DNA of 63,865 nt, counting the filler, from an uncultured Methanosarcinales archaeon (GTDB lineage: Archaea > Nanobdellota > Nanobdellia > Woesearchaeales > JAGLXL01), in NCBI GenBank assembly GCA_964472345.1. It is 4 parts of 4 records of this genome, joined end to end, with 100 filler letters (N's around TTAATTAATTAA, not from the genome) between each part and the next. Parts side by side here need not be neighbours in the genome. Positions count along the whole stretch, not along the records: positions 20,146 to 40,126 come from CAYYLB010000015.1; positions 40,227 to 59,634 come from CAYYLB010000016.1; 2 more parts are not named here. One strand, 5' to 3'. This document shows, one piece after another, positions 37,830-47,731 of the stretch; position 1 is the first letter of the stretch, and each line of letters opens with the position of its first letter. The translations under genes were made by a program, and so were the position numbers. The notes beneath the pieces are model-generated. The model was not told the origin of the DNA. It did not search any database and saw only the letters and a list, made by a program, of their open reading frames with translations.

Positions 37830-38816
37830 ATGAGCTTGCTCGTGGCGCAGGTGCGCGGGTCGGTAAATGATACTGCATACGCCAAGCTCATAATAAAAGA
37901 TGGCAGGCGGGAAGAACAATTCATCAGCTATCTGCAGCGTCAGGGCATCAGTACACTGGTACATGACGGTGTCTGCTCAATTCATGGGAACACCAGTCTT
38001 GTTTTAGAATTCGCACGGCGGCTTCAAGAGTCTGCGGCAACGAATAACCCCCTCGCGTGTGTTGCCGCGGGCGGATTGGGCTTTGGGCTGCCGGGTATCA
38101 TTGCAGCAAACGCACATACTATCCCGGTCATCAGCGTTCCGCTTGGCGGTGGCTATGGGGGGCTTCCCGCGTTTCTTGCCGCCGACGTCCCGCAGGGAAC
38201 TGGCGCGGTCGGCACCGTGGGCGTTAATCAGTACGGGACGGCCGCACGCTTCCTTGCAGCAATGGAAAAGTACCACGCCGGCATTCAAAATGCTCAAAAC
38301 GGGGCCGGCCACATTGGGGTTTATACCTATGGCGCCACCGAGACGTTATGTGAGAAACTTGAAGGACTGAGCGTCCCCATTCTCGGAAAGGCGAAGGCCG
38401 GAGACGACCTTTTCGGCAGGCTCGTTGTCGGGCATCTTTCACCAGGCGCTAAAGGCTTTACCAAGGACATTTTCGGGAATTTTGACAGGCTCGGCGCGTT
38501 TGGCATCTTCACGGTTGAGCCATCCGACAAAGCTTACAAGGCCCTCGAAGTGATGCGGTGCATGAAAGAAGCGCCGGGAGAAGAGTGGCACAGCGTCTAT
38601 GTGTATAGTGACGCCAACGCCGCGATCTTCGCTGCCAAGGTTCTCGCGGCAGGACATCCGGGAGGTATCTTTGACAAGAAAATTCAACCTGTGATTAGGA
38701 TACCGGAGCATGACCGCGCGCACATCGCCAACGCCCTCAAAAAAGCGGCAGCGGAAAAAGCAAAAAGCTACGAGCAGCCTCAGCTTGTTTTTACGCGGGG
38801 TGAGCGCGGTGGGTAG
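37830..38816 (+). CDS. purE: Divergent, internally duplicated PurE-like AIR carboxylase/mutase
   Basis: VRGSVND, CSIHG, LPGIIAA..PVISVP, VPQGTGAVGTVG; second NAAIFAAKVL segment. Confidence 0.65.
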   Translation: MSLLVAQVRGSVNDTAYAKLIIKDGRREEQFISYLQRQGISTLVHDGVCSIHGNTSLVLEFARRLQESAATNNPLACVAAGGLGFGLPGIIAANAHTIPVISVPLGGGYGGLPAFLAADVPQGTGAVGTVGVNQYGTAARFLAAMEKYHAGIQNAQNGAGHIGVYTYGATETLCEKLEGLSVPILGKAKAGDDLFGRLVVGHLSPGAKGFTKDIFGNFDRLGAFGIFTVEPSDKAYKALEVMRCMKEAPGEEWHSVYVYSDANAAIFAAKVLAAGHPGGIFDKKIQPVIRIPEHDRAHIANALKKAAAEKAKSYEQPQLVFTRGERGG

Positions 38817-39600
38817 TGTCAAAGACCTGATAACGCTGGAAAATGTCGGGCGTTTCATCAAGGCGGAGCCCGAGAAAGAGCGCGCGTTGAGAGCAGCGGC
38901 AGGGCTGTATCAGAAGCCGCGCCCCGATGCACTCGGTCGTGGCGCCTGGAAGGTGAGCGGGAGATTCTCGGTCGGGGACCTGAAGGATAGTATCCCCCAA
39001 GACGCGGTGGTCCCGAACAAAGAGTACGTGCTGGCGATGACAGCAGCAGCATACTTGGAGGCAGCTGCAAGCACAGGAATCACCTCATGCTACACTGGAA
39101 TGCTCGATGCAGAAGGTAAAGAGGCCGATGTGGCGAAATTGATTCAGCGCGGGGAGCTGAGCGACTTGGTGGTGATGCAGATCGCGAATACGCCCCGCGA
39201 GCACACTCCGGAAGGTATTGCAGCATACCACCAATCAATAAAATCAGGGGGCCTTCCGGTACACGTGGCTGACGTCGAATGCATTTTCCGTGCTGGGCTT
39301 CCGCTCGGCTCATCCTCATTCAAAAAGATGTTCGAGCTTGCCGGCAAGGCAGGCGACTACGCACACCTCGCAACCCTTGTGGAAACCGAAAAGGCGCTTG
39401 CTTCACTGCGTGCGTCCGTTTTTCAGGATGGGAAGTGCACCAGCCAAGAACTTGCAGAATACCTTCAACTCATTGGATTCAGCACAATTCCCGGACCCGG
39501 TGCACACCTTCCAAAAATCATTTACGATTTCACAACAAAGTTTGACATTGCCGCGGACAGCCCAATTACTGCAGGGGAGGGGCGCGCGCGCCTCGCCGAG
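38809..39600 (+). CDS. purC: SAICAR synthetase (archaeal long type), 3'-truncated by a chimeric junction
   Basis: GTG start after GGGGTGA; GSVKDL, SGRFSVGD, PNKE, ECIFRAGLPLGSS, DFTTKF. Confidence 0.75.
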
Positions 39601-39639
39601 ATCACGAAGCAGCTCGAAGCGGGCCGCGCCGACCGCGCC

Positions 39640-40126
39640 GCTGCGGGCGTTCGTGCTGCTCAAGGCGCTGGTGCAGTACCACCGTCTGCTGCTGTGGCCG
39701 AGCGGCCTGCACATGGAGCGCTTCATCGTCGCGCCGACCTCGTGGGACAGCCCCTACGTCATCATGGGCATCGGGCTGCTCGCGGCCTGGGCGGCGTATG
39801 CCTTCCGCACCGTGCGGCGCAACCTGGCGCTGGCCTTCGGCGCGGCCTGGTTCTTCGTCGTGCTGGCGCCGTCGATCCACATCCTGCCGATCCAGGGGCT
39901 GCTCTACGAGCACTGGCTCTACCTGCCGATGCTGGGCCTGGCCATGGTCGCCGGCTGGCACGCCGCCGGGGCGGTCTTCGCCGAGCGTGGCCCGCAATGG
40001 ACGCGCGCCGTGGCGTTGGTCGGCGTGTCGGTCGTTTTGGCCGCCAGCCTCGTCCGCACGGTCATGCGCAACGCCGACTGGCGCAATCCGATCTGCTTCT
40101 AGGAGAAGAACGTCGCCCTCGGCGGG
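39640..40126 (+). other. High-GC fragment of a TMTC-like membrane glycosyltransferase/TPR gene; probable misassembly or contaminant
   Basis: Frame of ORF 39290: YHRLLLWP..LHMER, WFFVVLAP, YEHWLYLP, RNADW; abrupt GC rise at contig end. Confidence 0.6.
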
Positions 40127-40226
40127 NNNNNNNNNNNNNNNNNNNNNNNNNNNNNNNNNNNNNNNNNNNNTTAATTAATTAANNNNNNNNNNNNNNNNNN
40201 NNNNNNNNNNNNNNNNNNNNNNNNNN
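40127..40226. other. Artificial contig linker
   Basis: N-run with TTAATTAATTAA. Confidence 0.97.
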
Positions 40227-40395
40227 TCAGATAGGTGCCGTAGTTTTTACTTACTTTAACATCAATAACTGCGAAGCAGACTATATGTCCGTTAGGACAA
40301 GAGGGGGGGCTGTTTTTGGTTATTTTTTTGAAAAAGAACATTTTTGGGTGCCTGATTAGAAATATTTATAAAGCTGTGCAAACATTTATTGTATT

Positions 40396-40542
40396 ATGGG
40401 TAGTAAAAATATCACTTTGAAAGTTGATGAAGATTTGTATAATGCCTATAAAGAATCCTGCAAAAAGAAGGGTTTAGTAATATCTCGGCAATTTGAAATC
40501 TTTGCAGAAGAACAATTAAAAAAAGAGAAAGGGAAGTTTTAA
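40396..40542 (+). CDS. Small ribbon-helix-helix protein (possible controller)
   Basis: MGSKNITLKVDEDLYNAYKESCKKKGLVISRQFEIFAEEQLKKEKGKF; TATA upstream; stop 2 nt before the MTase start. Confidence 0.7.
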   Translation: MGSKNITLKVDEDLYNAYKESCKKKGLVISRQFEIFAEEQLKKEKGKF

Positions 40543-40544
40543 AT

Positions 40545-41585
40545 ATGGCAAGAGAGGGTTCAGTCAAATACATACACAATGCAAAGAGCAATAAGAATGA
40601 TGAATTCTACACTGTTCTTTCTGATATAGAAAAAGAACTGAAGCACTACAAAAATCACTTCAAAAATAAAGTAGTTTATTGTAATTGTGATGATCCTTTT
40701 GAAAGTAATTTCTTTAAGTTTTTTGCTGCTAATTTTATTAATTTTGGATTAAAAAAACTTATTGTGACTTCTTATGGTGGATCGCCCATCATTGGTAGTC
40801 AATTACCTTTGTTAGATATCAAGGGAATAAATGGTAAAGAGCCCATTAAAATCGAAATAAATAAAGTAGATGATTATAATAAAGATGGTTCTATTGATTT
40901 ATCTGATGTTCAATTATTATTAGAACGTGATGCGAATACATCAGCACCTCTTAAACAAGGAGGAGATTTTCGTAGTAATGAATGTATTGAATTGCTAAAA
41001 CAGGCCGACATTGTTGTTACCAACCCGCCTTTTTCATTGTTCAGAGAGTACGTTGGACAACTTATGAAATACAAAAAAAAGTTTTTGATTATCGGAACTT
41101 GGAATGCGATTACTTACAAAGAAATTTTTCCTCTAATAAAGGATAATAAAATATGGATTGGCATAAATAGTAATCGTAATTTTTCAGGTTTTATCGTGCC
41201 AAAGCATTATCCATTAAGTGGAACAGAAGCTCGCATAGATGAAAATGGAAACAGAATAGTTTCCTCTAATAATACTTGTTGGTTTACAAATCTTGATAAT
41301 ACAAGCCGCCATGAAAAACTCATTTTATACAAAAAATATGATTCCAAAGAATACCACACTTACGACAATTTTGACGCAATTGAAGTTTCAAAAACCAATA
41401 ATATTCCGATTGATTATAAAGGTTTAATGGGTGTTCCTATTACTTTTATGAATAAATATAATCCAGAACAGTTTGAAATATTACAATGTTCTGCTTATTC
41501 GGATAAAAATAATCATGGCAGTGGTGCGTTATATGTGAAAAGGAAAAAACAATACGCCCGTATTTTAATCAAACACAAAAAATGA
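40545..41585 (+). CDS. Adenine-specific DNA methyltransferase, EcoRI family
   Basis: KNDEFYT, VYCNCDDP, GDFRS.EC, IVVTNPPFSLFREY, MGVPITF. Confidence 0.92.
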   Translation: MAREGSVKYIHNAKSNKNDEFYTVLSDIEKELKHYKNHFKNKVVYCNCDDPFESNFFKFFAANFINFGLKKLIVTSYGGSPIIGSQLPLLDIKGINGKEPIKIEINKVDDYNKDGSIDLSDVQLLLERDANTSAPLKQGGDFRSNECIELLKQADIVVTNPPFSLFREYVGQLMKYKKKFLIIGTWNAITYKEIFPLIKDNKIWIGINSNRNFSGFIVPKHYPLSGTEARIDENGNRIVSSNNTCWFTNLDNTSRHEKLILYKKYDSKEYHTYDNFDAIEVSKTNNIPIDYKGLMGVPITFMNKYNPEQFEILQCSAYSDKNNHGSGALYVKRKKQYARILIKHKK

Positions 41586-41609
41586 AAGGTAAAAACCGGG
41601 AGAAATAAA

Positions 41610-42704
41610 ATGAAAATAGAGTTACATAAAATACCAATCAAAGAAGTATTAAAAGACTATAAAGATGATGCGGAAGAGGGTGTAACTGCCTATGGCGGAA
41701 AATTAGATATCCGTCCAAAATACCAAAGGGAATTTGTATATACTGGTAAGCAACGAGACGAAGTAGTTGAGACCGTAAGGAAGAAATTTCCGCTTAACAT
41801 AATGTATTGGGTAAAAAAAGCAGATGGGAATTTTGAGGTTTTAGATGGGCAGCAGAGAACAATAAGTATTGCTCAATACGTTGCAGGGGATTTTTCAATA
41901 AACGAAAAATATTTTCATAGTTTAACAAAAGATGAACAAAATCAAATTTTAAATTATGAATTAATGATTTACTTTTGTGAAGGTAAAGAAAGAGAAAAAT
42001 TGGATTGGTTTAGAATTGTGAATATCGCTGGAGAAAAATTAACTGATCAAGAACTTCGTAATGCTGTATACACAGGACCTTGGCTTTCAGACGCTAAGTT
42101 GCATTTTAGCAAAACAAATTGCGCTGCACATTCTTTAGCCGGTGATAAAGGGCAATTGATGAAAAGTTCACCAATCAGACAAGAGCTTTTGGAAACTATA
42201 TTATCCTGGATTAATCATGGAAAAATTGAAGAATATATGTCTAAACATCAACACGACAAAAATGCAGATGAATTATGGAAATATTTCCAAAAAGTAATTG
42301 AATGGGTAAGAAAGACTTTCCCCAACTATAGAACAGAAATGAAAGGGATCGAGTGGGGAGAGTTATATAATAAGTTCAAGAATAAAAAATTAGATCCAGA
42401 AAAACTAGAAACAGAAATATCCGAATTAATGCAAGATGAAGATGTTACAAACCATAAAGGGATATATCTTTATGTTTTAACTAGGGACGAAAGATATCTA
42501 AATATTCGAGCATTTACAGATAAGCAAAAAAGAAAGGCGTATGAAAGACAAAAAGGTATTTGCCCCAAATGTAAAAAACATTTCAAAATAGAGGAAATGG
42601 AAGCAGACCATATCAAACTTTGGAGCGAAGGCGGAAAAACAATAGATGAAAATTGTCAAATGTTATGTAGAGATGACCATAGGGAAAAATCCAAAAAAAG
42701 ATAA
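41610..42704 (+). CDS. DUF262 plus HNH restriction endonuclease
   Basis: RPKYQREFVY, LDGQQRT, WFRIVN; C-terminal CPKC...ADHI...GGKT...NCQMLC. Confidence 0.88.
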   Translation: MKIELHKIPIKEVLKDYKDDAEEGVTAYGGKLDIRPKYQREFVYTGKQRDEVVETVRKKFPLNIMYWVKKADGNFEVLDGQQRTISIAQYVAGDFSINEKYFHSLTKDEQNQILNYELMIYFCEGKEREKLDWFRIVNIAGEKLTDQELRNAVYTGPWLSDAKLHFSKTNCAAHSLAGDKGQLMKSSPIRQELLETILSWINHGKIEEYMSKHQHDKNADELWKYFQKVIEWVRKTFPNYRTEMKGIEWGELYNKFKNKKLDPEKLETEISELMQDEDVTNHKGIYLYVLTRDERYLNIRAFTDKQKRKAYERQKGICPKCKKHFKIEEMEADHIKLWSEGGKTIDENCQMLCRDDHREKSKKR

Positions 42705-43356
42705 AATTGATACTTAATAAATTTCTTTTACGAAGTAAAAGGCAATATGTGCGTAGCACCAGCCCCCCCCCCTCTCGTCCGTTTTAAAGTAAGTAAAAAT
42801 TTGGGTGAAGCCAAGCGTAACCGTTTAGCAATATGTTAGATGAAGTTTACAATTTCATTATTCTCGTTTTCGTTGGACTGCTAAACGAAGGCACCTATCA
42901 AAAATGATTTTCGGGAACGAAGCGAACCTACTTGGAAGTAAGAAAATTTTGAGAAACACCTATTAGCCGCTGTTTTCATTGCGTTTAATGGGTTGTTTTT
43001 AGTTAAAACGAATTTTTTAACTCCGGGTTATTCTACCATCAGATGGAAAATCACGGCACCAGCCAAACGTTGCATGTTTTCGAAGTCTTCGGGCTTAACG
43101 GTTCTGCTCGCCTGCGGCCCGCTCCAGCCCGACTTCCACGCTAAAACCGCGGCTGGTTGAGATTGAAGCGGAAGTTCGTTTAGCTCAGCATGAACCGCAC
43201 CCAACCCCAAAACAATTAAACACCTTCCCCCATTTTCTCCCCGGCGAGGTGATGGGCAATGAAACGAAAAATCAGGGTTTCAGTGGTCGAAGGCAGCAGT
43301 GGCGGACATTGTGGCGCATGCCGCGGCGATTTGCTCGGGAATTGGCACCTCAAACT

Positions 43357-43526
43357 GGACACTGCGGGTGCCGGCTTCACCCTCTGCTCGAACGATTGCG
43401 AGGCAGCTGTCTTCCGAATCGCGGAGGCGCTCCCGTAAAAGGATGGCCCCCCCCGTGTTGGGCGTTTCTGGATTCAAAGGGAAGTCCACGGGGCGGTGCT
43501 CCACCCACAAGGAACCCGCAGTGCCC
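43357..43526 (-). ncRNA. Candidate structured RNA / 3' UTR element of msrA
   Basis: 13-bp closing stem GGGCACTGCGGGT/ACCCGCAGTGTCC enclosing helices GGTG/CACC, CCCGTG/CACGGG, GGGGGC/GCCTCC and GCGATT/AATCGT. Confidence 0.4.
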
Positions 43527-43991
43527 TCAGCACGTCTTCTTCCCGCGTTTCATTAAATACTGCTGATGATGCTCTTCCGCGGGATAGAACGCGCCCGCCT
43601 TCACGATTTCCGTCACCGCCTTCTCCCCCGTTTTCTTCTCCCACGCCGCCTTTGCTTTTGATGCCGTCTCCTTCTGTCCCTCCGTGTGATAAAAAACCGC
43701 CGACCGGTACTGCGTCCCGACATCCGGCCCCTGCCTGTTGAGCTGCGTCGGATCGTGGAGAGAAAAGAACACCTCCACCAGCTTCCCATAGCTCACCTTA
43801 TCAGGATCAAATGTCACCTCGACCGCTTCCGCATGCCCCGTCTCATCCGAACATACCTGCTGATAGCTTGGTTTTGCCATAGCTCCGCCGGTATACCCGA
43901 CCCGGGTTGACACGACACCTTTCACCTCAGAAAACGCCAGCTCGACGTGCCAGAAGCACCCTGCGGCGAACGTCGCCTTCTCAGCCTTCAT
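43527..43991 (-). CDS. msrA: Peptide-methionine (S)-S-oxide reductase
   Basis: [46 protein letters not shown]. Confidence 0.96.
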   Translation of the reverse strand: MKAEKATFAAGCFWHVELAFSEVKGVVSTRVGYTGGAMAKPSYQQVCSDETGHAEAVEVTFDPDKVSYGKLVEVFFSLHDPTQLNRQGPDVGTQYRSAVFYHTEGQKETASKAKAAWEKKTGEKAVTEIVKAGAFYPAEEHHQQYLMKRGKKTC

Positions 43992-44382
43992 TTTTCCCCT
44001 CGAACTCCAGGGCGCAGGAATTGATGCAGTAGCGCTTCTTGGTTGGCATGGGTCCGTCATCGAACACGTGGCCAAGGTGCCCGCCGCACCGCTTGCACAC
44101 CACCTCAGCGCGCTTCATCCCGTGGCTCCTATCCTCACGCAATTCCACCGCATCGCTCTTCGCAACATCGTAAAAGCTCGGCCACCCCGTGCCTGATTCA
44201 AACTTTTTATCAGAAGGAAACAGTTCAGCCCCGCACCCGGCGCACACAAACATCCCTTTTCGCTTCTCTTCCAGCAGTTCACCGGTAAACGCCGCTTCCG
44301 TGCCTTTCTCCCGCAGCACATGATACTGCTCCGGCGTCAGGCGCGTCTTCCATTCCTTTTCGCTTTTATTCACCGGGGTCAT
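43981..44382 (-). CDS. msrB: Peptide-methionine (R)-S-oxide reductase
   Basis: [30 protein letters not shown]. Confidence 0.96.
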   Translation of the reverse strand: MTPVNKSEKEWKTRLTPEQYHVLREKGTEAAFTGELLEEKRKGMFVCAGCGAELFPSDKKFESGTGWPSFYDVAKSDAVELREDRSHGMKRAEVVCKRCGGHLGHVFDDGPMPTKKRYCINSCALEFEGKNEG

Positions 44383-44978
44383 TGCCTGCTCAGCTTCACA
44401 TCATTTGACTGGATCCCCAGGCATCCCGGCTCGGTGTTTGAAATTGTCCCCTGCATAAGGTCGCTGCTCACCATGAGCTCCCACACATTGCCGCCAGCAT
44501 CAGCAAATGTCAGGCGGGATGAAGAGATCGTGCCTTGAATGGGGCTTTGCGAGACCGCTTGCTGCTGAACAAGCTGCTGGAACGTCCCGCATTCCAATCC
44601 CTCGACAAGCTCCTCAATCTCAAAGTTCGCAAAATGGACGGTGACAGCTCCATTCACATTGTTCCCGTTCTGCGCGAGATTCATCGTAATCGACGGCGGC
44701 GCTAACCTGCCGATGTACCTGCACGCCGGATTTGGGCAGTTGTTTGTAAAGAGCAGCGATCCGGCCCAGTTGCCCGTCACATCAGCCGCGGGCGAGATTG
44801 TTGTCGTCAATCTTTGCTGTTGTTGCACGCCTGCCTGTGCTTCTTCAGGAGGAGCCTGTGTCGGCGCTTCGATCGGTGCTTGTATCGGTGCTTGGGTCGG
44901 AGCCCGCTCGTCCGGCTGCCGCGGCGCGCATGCAGTGATCAAGACCAGGAAAGCAAGAACCACCGGTGCAAATCTCAT
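44379..44978 (-). CDS. Hypothetical lipoprotein
   Basis: LITAC lipobox; [12 protein letters not shown] repeat linker; beta-rich Cys-containing domain. Confidence 0.65.
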   Translation of the reverse strand: MRFAPVVLAFLVLITACAPRQPDERAPTQAPIQAPIEAPTQAPPEEAQAGVQQQQRLTTTISPAADVTGNWAGSLLFTNNCPNPACRYIGRLAPPSITMNLAQNGNNVNGAVTVHFANFEIEELVEGLECGTFQQLVQQQAVSQSPIQGTISSSRLTFADAGGNVWELMVSSDLMQGTISNTEPGCLGIQSNDVKLSRQ

Positions 44979-45332
44979 GCCCCTGTAAATGAGCTTTTTG
45001 TTTAAAAACCTGCCGACGGCACAGGGGTTGGTGCGTCATTCGCTCTCGCGGCACTGCCAGCTCGCTCCGCTGATTTCCCGAAGCCTTTTTCGCAGCTGCC
45101 TCGCAGTTCGCATTGAAGGAAATCAGTCCCGCGAGCCCTGCAAGCAGCAGACAGTGTCGCTCGCAAAGGAAGGGCAGTGCACATTACGCACCAACTCTGA
45201 CGGCACGGGCTGCATCCCGGCTCCGGTGAAAAAGTTCGGCGCCCCTTCGCCCGCGCTTTTCTGGAGGTTTTCCACCTCAACCCTAGATTCCAAAAACCTT
45301 AAATACACAACTGCCTTTTCCCGCCCTAAGAG

Positions 45333-45548
45333 GTGATTGCAATGATACTCGGCTGTAAGAAATGCCGGACGATCGGCGGTCTTGTCTTGTTGGCGTTGGG
45401 TGCGCTGTTCTTGTTGGTTGATTTTGGTTTTTGGGACTTCTGGAACGTCCAATGGTGGACCGCACTCTTCATCGTCTGGGGCATTGGCGCTCTCGGGCAG
45501 GTAAGCTGCAAGGACTGCTGCGCCATCATCGAAGGCCGGAAGAAATAA
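45333..45548 (+). CDS. Small membrane protein with CxxC motifs
   Basis: GAGGTGA RBS; two TM helices flanked by CKKC and CKDC. Confidence 0.65.
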   Translation: MIAMILGCKKCRTIGGLVLLALGALFLLVDFGFWDFWNVQWWTALFIVWGIGALGQVSCKDCCAIIEGRKK

Positions 45549-45563
45549 CCCCTTTCATTTTTT

Positions 45564-46151
45564 TTATTTTTTTCTTGCCACGTTCCCCTTCCTGCGGTGC
45601 TTTCCGACAATCGTACGGATCCGCTCAATCTCCTCTGCTGGCGGTTTCATGATCTGCTCACCAAGCCTCCAGTATTTGCCGCCGTGGTAGGCGAGCGGCT
45701 CCTTTCCGCTCCCCATAGTCGCCTCAAGCACCTCGCCGGCCAGCATCACATGGTCGCCGAGCCGTATCCTCTTGACAAGCCTGCACTCAATGTTCAGCGC
45801 TGCACCATCAACCATCAGCACATTAATCCTTTTTGCCTTAGAGAAACGGAAGCCGAGCTCGCGCAGCGCACTGATTTTGTTCACGTCTTTCCCTGTGCTT
45901 CCGCCGGCAACGCTGGAGAGCACATTCTGATCTGTGGCGCACAGGTTCACCCCGAATACTTTCGTCTTCCTGATATTCATCGCTGTCGCATCACCTGCGT
46001 GGATAGAAATCACAATCAAGCCGGGGCTATAGGAGATATGATGCGTCCACTCCGCTGCCATGATGTTCGGCCCATACGGCCCGTCGCTTGTAATCAGGCC
46101 GATGCCGGTAACAAACTGCCTGCTCCGCTTATCACCCCATGGGAGGTCCAT
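45564..46151 (-). CDS. Flavin reductase family protein
   Basis: NIMAAEW, ISYSP, FGVNL, IECRL, GDHVMLAGEV. Confidence 0.88.
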   Translation of the reverse strand: MDLPWGDKRSRQFVTGIGLITSDGPYGPNIMAAEWTHHISYSPGLIVISIHAGDATAMNIRKTKVFGVNLCATDQNVLSSVAGGSTGKDVNKISALRELGFRFSKAKRINVLMVDGAALNIECRLVKRIRLGDHVMLAGEVLEATMGSGKEPLAYHGGKYWRLGEQIMKPPAEEIERIRTIVGKHRRKGNVARKK

Positions 46152-46154
46152 CGT

Positions 46155-47099
46155 TCACTCCCCGCTCACACGCAGGACAACCTTGCCCCGTGAGTGCCCT
46201 GCCTGCAGGTATGCGAGCGCCTCCCCTGCCTGAGAGAGGGAAAACACCTTATCGACATGCACGTTGATCGCCTGCCTGTCTGCAAGATCGGCCAATCGTA
46301 CAAGGCGTTCAGTGCTCACCTGGGTGAACTGCCCGATAGCATTCACCCCCGAACGTTTCATCAGCTCTGCGTTCGGCTGCTCCAGCAGAGAAACGATCGT
46401 GCCGCCCTTCTTCAGGACGCTGAAAGACCTGGCATAGGTTTCACCGCCGACCAGGTCGAGGACTGCATCGTAGCCATGGAGGATTTCGTCGAATTGCTGC
46501 AGGCGGTAATCGATGACCTCATCCGCCCCAAGCCCTTGGACATACTGCGCATCGCGTGCGTCCACGGTCGCTGCGACGTATGCTCCTCTCCACTTCGCGA
46601 TCTGGACTGCAAATGTCCCGATGCCCCCCGCACCGCCATGGATGAGGATCCTCTGCCCCTTGGCAAGCTGCAGATGGTCGGTGATGGCCTGCCAGGCACT
46701 CACTCCCGCGAGCGGCAATGCTGCTGCCTCGATATGGCTGAGCCTCTTCGGTTTCTGCGCAACCGTTGTTGCGGCGGCTGAAGCAAACTCGGCGAACGAT
46801 CCCGAGCCGCCGCCGAGCACGCTCGCCTGCCCATACACCTCATCACCCTTTCTGAAGCCGGCGGCGTCCTTCCCGGCCTCTACCACAACACCCGAGAAGT
46901 CTCCCCCCAACGTTGCGGGCAGGTGCAGGGGCATCATCTGCTGCAGGTAGCCTTCGCGGATTTTCCAGTCAATCGGATTGACTCCTGCTGCGTGTACCTT
47001 GACGAGAAGCTGTCCTGCAGAAAGCAGCGGTTGCGCCGTCTCGCTGAGCTCAACCGCATCGCTGCCCCCGTACCTCTTCAGCTGTGCCGCGTTCATCAT
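46155..47099 (-). CDS. NADP-dependent oxidoreductase (MDR/quinone oxidoreductase family)
   Basis: AAGVNPIDWK, GGDFSGVV, IHGGAGGIG, GADEVIDY, RGKVV. Confidence 0.92.
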   Translation of the reverse strand: MMNAAQLKRYGGSDAVELSETAQPLLSAGQLLVKVHAAGVNPIDWKIREGYLQQMMPLHLPATLGGDFSGVVVEAGKDAAGFRKGDEVYGQASVLGGGSGSFAEFASAAATTVAQKPKRLSHIEAAALPLAGVSAWQAITDHLQLAKGQRILIHGGAGGIGTFAVQIAKWRGAYVAATVDARDAQYVQGLGADEVIDYRLQQFDEILHGYDAVLDLVGGETYARSFSVLKKGGTIVSLLEQPNAELMKRSGVNAIGQFTQVSTERLVRLADLADRQAINVHVDKVFSLSQAGEALAYLQAGHSRGKVVLRVSGE

Positions 47100-47142
47100 C
47101 CGTACTCCAGTGACCCGAGATAAAAAGAAAAGAAAGGAAATG

Positions 47143-47292
47143 TCACTTGTTTTTCAGCTTTTCGATCGTTTCCTTCACGCCTTGCGCTTCCTTCTCGAGA
47201 GATTCCTGGTATTCCTTGAGCATCTCCATCCTCTCCTCGTTTGTCAGGAAACTCCGGGGGCCGCAACAGCCTCCGCTTCCGCACATTCCCAT
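47143..47292 (-). CDS. Small Cys-rich coiled-coil protein (DUF5320-like)
   Basis: MGMCGSGGCCGPRSFLTNEERMEMLKEYQESLEKEAQGV; AGGTGA RBS. Confidence 0.7.
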   Translation of the reverse strand: MGMCGSGGCCGPRSFLTNEERMEMLKEYQESLEKEAQGVKETIEKLKNK

Positions 47293-47324
47293 GGTTTCAC
47301 CTTCCGCCCGTCGCTGCGAGCGTT

Positions 47325-47370
47325 TATCGGATAACCGATACTTATATATAAATATGTCGGTAATCCGATA
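47325..47370. promoter_or_regulatory. Paired palindromic operators flanking a TATA box (likely PadR sites)
   Basis: TATCGG-ATAA-CCGATA (47325-40) and TGTCGG-TAAT-CCGATA (47355-70) around TTATATATAA. Confidence 0.65.
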
Positions 47371-47422
47371 GAGAGATGCGGGCGGCAGAACGTATAAATA
47401 GCAGTTCCGCTTCCCTTGGCGC

Positions 47423-47731
47423 ATGTCACGCCACTGCGAGATGCGCGGCTTCCTGACGTTCCTGGTGCTGCGGCTGCTCAGCGGGAAGGAGATGTCCGGT
47501 GAGGAGATCCGGCAGGAGCTTGCCCAGCGGAAAGGCTGCAGGCCGAGCGCAGGCACGGTGTACCCGGTGCTCAAGGGGCTCAGGGAAAGCGGATTCATCG
47601 AGGAGACGTCGCAGGGCCATAAGGTCAAGCGCTACCGTCTCACCCCCGAAGGCAGGCGTGAAGTGAGGCTCGCGACAAAGAAGTTCATCCAGCTCTTCTA
47701 CGACTGCAAGGATGAGTTCAGGGACTGCTAA
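47423..47731 (+). CDS. PadR family transcriptional regulator
   Basis: LVLRLL...[12 protein letters not shown]...YRLTPEGR. Confidence 0.9.
   Translation: MSRHCEMRGFLTFLVLRLLSGKEMSGEEIRQELAQRKGCRPSAGTVYPVLKGLRESGFIEETSQGHKVKRYRLTPEGRREVRLATKKFIQLFYDCKDEFRDC

Larger units (their letters stand above)
40230..42899. mobile_element. AT-rich restriction-modification cassette bounded by segmented inverted repeats
   Basis: GATAGGTGCC (40230-39)/GGCACCTATC (42890-99); TTTTTACTTACTTTAA (40244-59)/TTAAAGTAAGTAAAAA (42784-99); GGACAAGAG-Gn-CTG (40295-312)/CAG-Cn-TCTCGTCC (42760-80). Confidence 0.6.

Noticed and set aside
38710..40182. 490-aa apparent PurC fusion protein
   Set aside because: The C-terminal part is an off-frame translation of foreign high-GC sequence at a contig end
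43527..43529. msrA TGA followed by a stem-loop as possible selenocysteine recoding
   Set aside because: The catalytic GCFW is encoded with TGC, the protein is already full length, and I saw no archaeal SECIS consensus
44850..44905. 12-bp tandem repeats
   Set aside because: They encode an ordinary AP(T/I)(Q/E) lipoprotein linker
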